Below, piece by piece: positions 58,144-64,000 of a stretch of DNA of 64,000 nt (within the stretch, counting starts at the first letter, position 1; the number at the start of each line of letters is the position of its first letter). Origin of the DNA: Dehalococcoidia bacterium (lineage in GTDB: Bacteria > Chloroflexota > Dehalococcoidia > CAUJGQ01); NCBI GenBank assembly GCA_050184225.1, contig JBFXAN010000007.1, positions 1,141 to 65,140 of the forward strand. The letters are read 5' to 3'. The notes beneath the pieces were generated by a model. The model was not told the origin of the DNA. It worked only from the letters and a program-made list of their open reading frames with translations, and searched no databases. The translations under genes and the position numbers were made by a program.

Positions 58144-58632
58144 CTAGCAGGGTCGTTCTCGTTTCTCAAGATCCTGCGCCTCACGTCCATGGGCCAGCAC
58201 TCGCTCGTGCGCCGCCCGATACTCTTGCTCGTGACGAGATCGCGCATACACTGGCATCGAACGGTACAGGAGTGAGGCTTGCGCCTCTTCGCGCAACGCC
58301 TGTGCCTGTTTTTTCCACGTCTCGTAACTCGACTTGCACGTTTCTCGCACCTTCAGCGTGACGAAATGGTCAATCGCCATGATCACGCCTTCATGGGCGT
58401 ACAGCAGAAAGTCGGCGTTCCGGCCGACCATCTCGTTGGTCGGGGTGCCGGTGTCGGCTAGGATCCAGACCGCTCCGGCATTCTGGTACGCTTCCTTCTC
58501 GCGCAGGTATTCCTCGAAGCTCAGCGGATCCTCCTCCGCAAGCCGTTGCACGCCTTTAATGACGCCGCCAATCGCGACCAGCACTACGAGCGAGACGCCG
58601 ATGATGAGTGCAATCATGGCTTTGTCAGACAT
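58144..58632 (-). CDS. membrane-anchored hypothetical protein
   Basis: N-terminal TM (AMIALIIGVSLVVLVAIGGVI) and a GGGAGGGGAAAG RBS. Confidence 0.5.
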   Translation of the reverse strand: MSDKAMIALIIGVSLVVLVAIGGVIKGVQRLAEEDPLSFEEYLREKEAYQNAGAVWILADTGTPTNEMVGRNADFLLYAHEGVIMAIDHFVTLKVRETCKSSYETWKKQAQALREEAQASLLYRSMPVYARSRHEQEYRAAHERVLAHGREAQDLEKRERPC

Positions 58633-58653
58633 GATGCTTTCCCCTCCCAGTCC

Positions 58654-59302
58654 TCATCCCTCCGCATGGGGTGCGAGGCAAGACTCCTTCTCCTCAAGGT
58701 CTACTGCCTCATCTCCCAGGTGCAGCCGGTTGGCGCGTTCGGTCTCGTAAGTGACACGGGCTTCTGACCGAACGACCTCACTCAATTCGAGCTGACGGAT
58801 GTGCATGGCGGCGTTCGACTCCTTGCGCGCTGCTTCCGCCTGCTGTTTTCGCAGTGCATAGCTTTTGGCGGCGCAGTCTGGCGGCTCTAGGGTGACAAAA
58901 TGGTCGATGGCTCGAATCAGGGGCAGATCGCTGTATCAGGTCCATCAAGGCTTCCTGTGAGTTCCCTATCCCCGACTCGACCCCATACCAAACGATCAGC
59001 GCATTCAGGAATGCCGCCCGCTCGCGGCGGTAGTTGGGAGCGTCCAGCGCAGTCGCGCTCCCGTCACTTTTTGAGAGTACGGACAGTCCGATCACCGCGA
59101 TGCCGAAGATGATCATCCATGTGGTACGCCTTCGACGCTGGTCGTCTGTCACGCGCGTCCCCTCGGTTGTGGTGGCGTCTGTCGCATCGGTTTGAGCCGC
59201 GCCCATAGGTCGAGGGTTGCGCGACTGGATCGGCGTGCCGCAACGCGCGCAGAATCGGGCACCTGTGCGGACTGACTCGCCGCAGTTCGGACAAGTATCC
59301 AC
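58654..59302 (-). pseudogene. zinc-ribbon + TM paralogue of 58144-58632 with a frameshift near 58930
   Basis: A GTG start follows GAGGAG. Motifs are CPNCGESVRTGARFCARCG and the TM segment WMIIFGIAVIGLSVL. The shared AIDHFVTL motif is reached only in a second frame. Confidence 0.5.
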
Positions 59303-59384
59303 TTCGCTACGCTCCTCGGTGGCGTAGTATAAAATGACAGGAGCCGTGCTGTACAGCGCCGCACTGCCATCACTCAAGGAGTGT

Positions 59385-60542
59385 ATGCCAGTCTGTATGC
59401 ACGATGAGGAGGAAATGATGCCGGACCTCCTGCTCCATATCGACATCTCGCTCGATGACAATGATCCTAATCGCCCCTGGCGGACCAACGGGCCAGGGTT
59501 TCATCGCTGGCTACCGGACGGTCGGCAGGATGCCCTCACCCTGAACACAGAAGACCCGACCGCCGAGCTACAGGTCTGGTTTGAGCGATGGGGGGCTACG
59601 AAGACTACGGAGCCTCGCGCAGGATTCGTTGAGTTCTCCACCAACCGCCACGAGGTGGACCCAACGATCATGGAACGCCAGGGTGTCCTCGACGCGGGTC
59701 CGCTGTTAGGGATGCTCATCCTGCGCGACGTGCCGCAAGAGCAACTTGACGCGGTAGTGAACGACCGACGAAACGATCCTGCGTACGTGGCCCTTGGTAA
59801 GCGCGTCGTCAAACGGCTTCATCCACCCATCTCCCGCTTGGTAGACATCCTCCGCACGACCTACGGTCAGTTCTGGCTCCGGCGGATTGTGCCGTGGGAC
59901 TCACGTCAGGAGTCGCTCAGCGTCTACTGCGCGAGGTTCGGCCTCCACTGGAGCATCGATACTGGAGCATCATGGACGCGGTTTATGCCGGATACGCAGC
60001 GTTCACACGGCACGACCCGTCTGGTGTCGGCGCGGTTCCAAGACTACATCACGCAGCAGGACTGGTCTGAGTTGGAGCAGCTCGTCAATAGCGACTTCGA
60101 ACCAAGCGATGGTGCAAACCTCCTGACGAGGGCGCGGCATATCCTCATCACCGGCAACCCGCGCCATGCGCTCATTGAGGCCGTCACCGCGCTGGATGTC
60201 GCCGTCGCGGAGTTCGTGCGACTGCACACCAAACTGCGCAAGACCTTGGCAGACCAAATCCAGTCGTTCCAGACCCTCAGGCTGCCAGCGCAACTGGCAA
60301 TGGTGGCGCTCAACCAACCAGAAATCAGCGACGAAGACTTGCAGGTAGTGTTCACGGTAATCAAGCGCCGGAACGAGGTAGTGCATGAGGGAAAGGAACC
60401 GCCGGACGACCTCGATCGCTACTTGGAAGCCGCCTACCGCGTCGTCGCAGCCCTGCTACCAGGTTCGTCAGGCCGGATGCCGCCGCTCCCGTTCATGAAT
60501 AACTGGCTCCGCACACCAGAAGAGTGGGATGCCGATCCGTAG
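59385..60542 (+). CDS. hypothetical protein with C-terminal HEPN-like RNxxxH motif
   Basis: ALIEAVTALDVAVAEF helix and IKRRNEVVHEG (R-N-x-x-x-H). The start is uncertain (59334-59415). Confidence 0.5.
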   Translation: MPVCMHDEEEMMPDLLLHIDISLDDNDPNRPWRTNGPGFHRWLPDGRQDALTLNTEDPTAELQVWFERWGATKTTEPRAGFVEFSTNRHEVDPTIMERQGVLDAGPLLGMLILRDVPQEQLDAVVNDRRNDPAYVALGKRVVKRLHPPISRLVDILRTTYGQFWLRRIVPWDSRQESLSVYCARFGLHWSIDTGASWTRFMPDTQRSHGTTRLVSARFQDYITQQDWSELEQLVNSDFEPSDGANLLTRARHILITGNPRHALIEAVTALDVAVAEFVRLHTKLRKTLADQIQSFQTLRLPAQLAMVALNQPEISDEDLQVVFTVIKRRNEVVHEGKEPPDDLDRYLEAAYRVVAALLPGSSGRMPPLPFMNNWLRTPEEWDADP

Positions 60543-60704
60543 CGTCGCTCCAGTACTTGATCAGCGACCGACCGATTGACGGACGAATCCTTCCATCGCT
60601 ATTCTTCTTCCTGCCCCCGACCTGTCGAACTTCAATGTCTCGCTCGGAACATTGTTCGATGTGCTCTGCGCCATCGGCGCGATGTCGAGCGCTGAGGGGG
60701 GACC

Positions 60705-61952
60705 ATGCGTCGATGGCTCCAACAGGTGCCAGGGTTTCGGAGCGGCACCGTGTGGAAGCAGATCACGGCCGTCATCGGCTACGGCGTGACTGCTCTGCTG
60801 AGCGGCGTCTGGATTGCAACGTCGCCCTGGTTTGGGATCGCCTTCCTGCTGCTCGCCCTGGCATCGGTCGCGCTCATCACCAATGCCTGGGGTGTACGCG
60901 CTCGAACGCCGATCCTGAACTCGCCGAGCCGCTGGAAGCAAGCCGGTGGGTGGGTGCTGTTCGGCTTGGTCGCGATCATCATCCTCGGCGTGATCGCGCC
61001 AGAGAGCGACGAGGTCGCCTCCTCGTCAGAACCAGCGTCGCCGTCACCTGCTGCGGCACGCTCTCAGCTGTCGCCCGCAACCGATGTCGCCCAGCAGCCC
61101 AGGACTGTCGTGCCATCGCCCTCGCCGACAGCTACGCCGAGTCCAACGATGCCATCACCGACACCGTCGCCGACGCCGACACTGGTCGCCACGCCAACCA
61201 CAACGGCACCACCGACGCCCAGCCCTTCGCCATCGCCAACGCCGGTTCCGACCAGCACGCCGACTCCCATACCGACTCCGACACCATCACCGCTTCCGAC
61301 GCCAACACCGTCGCCGGAACCGACCCCGACTGCCACCCCCACACCGTCACCGTCCCCAACGCCATCACCTGCACCATCGCCTGCGCCGACGCCAACGCCG
61401 ACGCCAGAGCCGACCCCGCCACCGACGCCTGCTCCTACGCCTCGGCCGAGCGGCCTCATTGGCAATGTGCGGCGTGAGGATGGGCACAACGACGTGCGCC
61501 GGGATGAAGAGTCGCCGCCTGTGTCCCGGCCCCACCTGGACCTCACGGGTGTGCGTCTCGACGCAGACGCTTCGACGCTCACGATTACCTACGAGCTGGC
61601 TGGACCGGTACCGACGCGGGTGGCTGATGACGACTTCATTCTCTTTGTGGTCACCACCTTTGTCGGCGACCAGAGTGGGTACCAGCTTGGTGCGAAGCTG
61701 ATCGGTTCAGAGTGGACGGTGTTCGTATTTGATCTCAGAGGCGCACGCCAGACCAACCTCAACGGTGACCCGGAGATCAACGGCACGAGTCTCACCGTCC
61801 ATTTCCCGGTGGCTGCCGTCGAACGACTCACAGACGGCTTTCGCTGGTATGCGCGGACGGAGGCGGGTGGCTGGCCGCAGGTGGGCGACTGGGCACCGGA
61901 GTCAGAGGAGGGCGGTCAACCGGTCGGAGGTGAGCTATCGACGTTTCCGTAG
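60705..61952 (+). CDS. membrane protein with long Pro/Thr/Ser-rich linker and C-terminal globular domain
   Basis: Three TM helices at the N-terminus, about 110 aa of PSPTPTP low complexity, then a beta-rich domain. Confidence 0.55.
   Translation: MRRWLQQVPGFRSGTVWKQITAVIGYGVTALLSGVWIATSPWFGIAFLLLALASVALITNAWGVRARTPILNSPSRWKQAGGWVLFGLVAIIILGVIAPESDEVASSSEPASPSPAAARSQLSPATDVAQQPRTVVPSPSPTATPSPTMPSPTPSPTPTLVATPTTTAPPTPSPSPSPTPVPTSTPTPIPTPTPSPLPTPTPSPEPTPTATPTPSPSPTPSPAPSPAPTPTPTPEPTPPPTPAPTPRPSGLIGNVRREDGHNDVRRDEESPPVSRPHLDLTGVRLDADASTLTITYELAGPVPTRVADDDFILFVVTTFVGDQSGYQLGAKLIGSEWTVFVFDLRGARQTNLNGDPEINGTSLTVHFPVAAVERLTDGFRWYARTEAGGWPQVGDWAPESEEGGQPVGGELSTFP
61110..61452 (+). repeat. low-complexity coding repeat (PT/PS-rich linker)
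   Basis: Degenerate CCGAC(G/A)CC(G/A)-type periodicity encoding PSPTPTPSP. Confidence 0.7.
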
Positions 61953-62119
61953 CGGAGACTGCTGGAAGACCATGTATCGAGCGACGGATGCTGGGTGGCT
62001 CAGCTTGTCCGCCGCACACCCGACCAGCCAGGTCGTTGGCGGAACTCTGCGCGTTGCCTCTGCCGACTACCCTCCGTAGGATGACCGCCAAACGCGCCGA
62101 CACGCGCGGGTGAGGGCCA

Positions 62120-62395
62120 ATGCCGCTGACCTTGCCGGAGTACGTCACCCATTGGAAAGCCTCAACGCTGACCGAGCGGAGTGGCGCTCAACAACACTTC
62201 ACGCAACTCTGTGAAGTCCTCGGCCAGCCTCGTCCGGCCGATGTGGATCTGACCGGCGCGGAGTACACCTTCGAAAAGGGATGACGAAGACCAGCGGTGG
62301 CCAGGGCTTCGCCGATGTCTGGTGGCGGGGCAAGTTCGCCTGGGAGTACAAGGGGCGACACAAGGATCTCGGTGCCGCCTTCGCCCGTAGTGGAT
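62120..62395 (+). pseudogene. N-terminal fragment of an MmeI-like type IIG/IIL restriction-modification enzyme, frameshifted
   Basis: YVTHWKASTLTERSGAQQHFTQLCEVLG...AEYTFEKG is followed by a stop. After a frame shift it continues TKTSGGQGFADVWWRGKFAWEYKGRHKDLGAAFA, and no methylase domain follows. Confidence 0.5.
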
Positions 62396-62969
62396 CGACT
62401 GTGCGTCTAGCAGATGGATGCGCGGCGACGGGGTATATGACCCCCACTTCCGCGTGCAGATTCGAGTTCGCCCGATGGAGTCCCAGGTCCGGGACTGGAG
62501 TCCCGTTCCACCTGGCCTAGCTGCACCGCCCCGCTCGTCGTCGCCCGGCTCTGATTACGCGGGCCTTGGAGCCCCATCCGCCCCTCGCCCCATGTTCTGC
62601 ATGTTGGCTTCGGGACTCCGCTCACTCTTCGCCACCCGCATCATCGGACATAGCTCATAGTTGTCGCTTAACGGTACACGGGCTTGTGAACCGCAGTTGC
62701 CCCCTCACGAGGCGCGACGGCAACGCTAGTCGCCATCGACTGGAATAGCCGTGCCTCGCGGACCCAAGCCCACATTCCTAACGGCTGATCCACGTTCTAC
62801 ACGGATCCGCCCCCGGTGTACATGCTGAGCGCGATTTCAACTGAGTCAGACGCATACAATAAGGATCTGTCGGCGTCACTGCGCCTCTGTTTATTCACGT
62901 AAAGCGACGATAACTGGACAGGATTTGGTCGTTGTGCTAGATTCAGTGGTGTAGCGCAGCGCGCTGGCG

Positions 62970-63025
62970 GCCTTCCAAGCAGGCTGTCGCGAGTTCGAAT
63001 CTCGTCCCCCGCTCCAACCGCCGGC
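62970..63025 (+). repeat. right att repeat of the islet (displaced 3' part of tRNA-Gly)
   Basis: 56 nt identical to 56484-56539. The 5' half of the tRNA is absent here. Confidence 0.8.
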
Positions 63026-63045
63026 CGTGAATCCGGCGCGACACG

Positions 63046-63951
63046 TCAGGGCGCAGGCGCCACACCCTGCTTGGTGAAGAAGGCGTGGAGGGCGCGAAAG
63101 GTTTCGTCGGGCGCCTCCTCGGGGAGGAAGTGGCCGCAGGGGAAGCCCTCCCCACGGACATCGGTTGCCCAGTCCCGCCAGACGCTCAGCCAATCGCGGC
63201 CACCGCGCCCGATCCGCCCCGCACCCCATAGCACCAGAACCGGACAGCCGATGCGATGGCCGCGCGCCCGATCGGCGCGGTCGTGGTCCCGGTCGAGGGT
63301 GGCACCGGCGCGGTAGTCCTCACAGGTGGCGTGGATACAGGCCGGGTCGCGGAAGGCGTCGAGGTAGGCGGCCATCGCTTCTGGAGCAAAGGCGTCGGGA
63401 CTTCCGGACCAGCGGGCGAGGGTGGTACGGAGGAAGTACTCCGGCTCGGCACCGATCAAACGCTCGGGCAGGTCAAAGGGCTGGGCGAGGAAGAACCAGT
63501 GATAGGCGCCCATGCCGAAGGCCTGGTCGGCGCCATCCCACATTACGGCCGTGGGGACGATGTCGAGAACGGCAAGTCGGATCACGCGGTCGGGGTGGTC
63601 GAGGGCCATCCGGTAGGCGACGCGGCCGCCACGGTCGTGGCCGGCAACGGCGAACCGAGGAAAGCCAAGTTGTTCCATCACCGCTACCTGATCCAGGGCC
63701 ATCACGCGCTTGCTGTAGGCGGCGTGGTCGGTGTCGCCGGGCGGTTTCGTGCTGGCGCCGTAGCCACGCAGGTCGGGAACGACGACGGTGAAGTGCTTCG
63801 CGAGGTGGGGGGCGACGCGGTGCCACAGAACATGGGTCTGGGGGTAACCGTGCAATAGCAGGAGGGGTGGACCGCTGCCGGCGGTGACGAGATGGATGGT
63901 GGCGCCGTCGACCGTGACCTGGCGGTGGGCAAAGCCGTCGAACAATGTCAT
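63046..63951 (-). CDS. alpha/beta hydrolase, haloacetate dehalogenase / epoxide hydrolase-like
   Basis: LLLLHGYPQTHVLWHRVAP, VVPDLRGYGAS and AGHDRGGRVAYRMA (Asp nucleophile) motifs. Confidence 0.8.
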   Translation of the reverse strand: MTLFDGFAHRQVTVDGATIHLVTAGSGPPLLLLHGYPQTHVLWHRVAPHLAKHFTVVVPDLRGYGASTKPPGDTDHAAYSKRVMALDQVAVMEQLGFPRFAVAGHDRGGRVAYRMALDHPDRVIRLAVLDIVPTAVMWDGADQAFGMGAYHWFFLAQPFDLPERLIGAEPEYFLRTTLARWSGSPDAFAPEAMAAYLDAFRDPACIHATCEDYRAGATLDRDHDRADRARGHRIGCPVLVLWGAGRIGRGGRDWLSVWRDWATDVRGEGFPCGHFLPEEAPDETFRALHAFFTKQGVAPAP

Positions 63952-64000
63952 CGGCTGATCCTTCTCCCGGTTGCTCCATCGGCGCGCGCTGCGGTGATAT

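Larger units (their letters stand above)
56484..63025. mobile_element. about 6.5-kb integrative islet in the 3' part of the same tRNA-Gly
   Basis: A 56-nt exact direct repeat lies at 56484-56539 and 62970-63025. The integrase gene sits next to the intact tRNA. Confidence 0.65.

Noticed and set aside
61110-61452. Periodic CCGAC/GCC repeats as a possible tandem-repeat locus or CRISPR-like array.
   Set aside because: The degenerate short periodicity lies inside an open reading frame encoding a PT/PS-rich linker. There is no repeat-spacer structure.

Overview
This is a high-GC bacterial chromosomal segment; the taxon cannot be determined from the sequence alone. Positions 1-5.4 kb are ordinary core DNA: a peptide-type ABC transporter permease and binding protein, tRNA-Gln and tRNA-Glu, threonine aldolase and a lipoprotein. 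Positions 63.0-64 kb are core again, with a haloacetate-dehalogenase-like hydrolase.

Everything between is accessory DNA, organised as two tandem integrative elements at one tRNA-Gly(UCC).

- **Large element (5458-56492, about 51 kb).** It is bounded by a 37-nt duplication of the tRNA 5' half. It carries an integrase, replication genes (RepB-primase-like, replisome-organiser-like, SSB-like, ExeA-like ATPase) and a replication-relaxation plus TraD/VirD4-like coupling ATPase pair. It also carries TA modules, many HTH regulators, an IS remnant, a nested recombinase module and a dense defence-like cargo.
- **Small islet (56484-63025, about 6.5 kb).** It is bounded by a 56-nt duplication of the tRNA 3' part.

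The strongest candidate for a new system is a three-gene operon at 9605-14580. It encodes a ComEC-type MBL hydrolase, one 856-aa E2-E1-JAB triple-fusion protein and a patatin phospholipase. It has no CD-NTase and no free ubiquitin-like protein. A divergent XRE plus ImmA/IrrE pair, arranged like CapH/CapP, lies immediately upstream.

A second ubiquitin-like conjugation operon of Bil type (beta-grasp Ubl, E2, JAB::E1 fusion) lies 13 kb downstream in the same element.

Other items worth a look:
- a nuclease-like/wHTH + Ser/Thr kinase + unknown three-gene cluster;
- a low-GC two-gene cassette;
- a HEPN-motif protein in the small islet;
- a 1-kb ORF-poor region with a 21-bp perfect inverted repeat;
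- several disrupted genes.

No rRNA genes or CRISPR arrays were seen. All family assignments rest on motif recognition by eye, not on searches.
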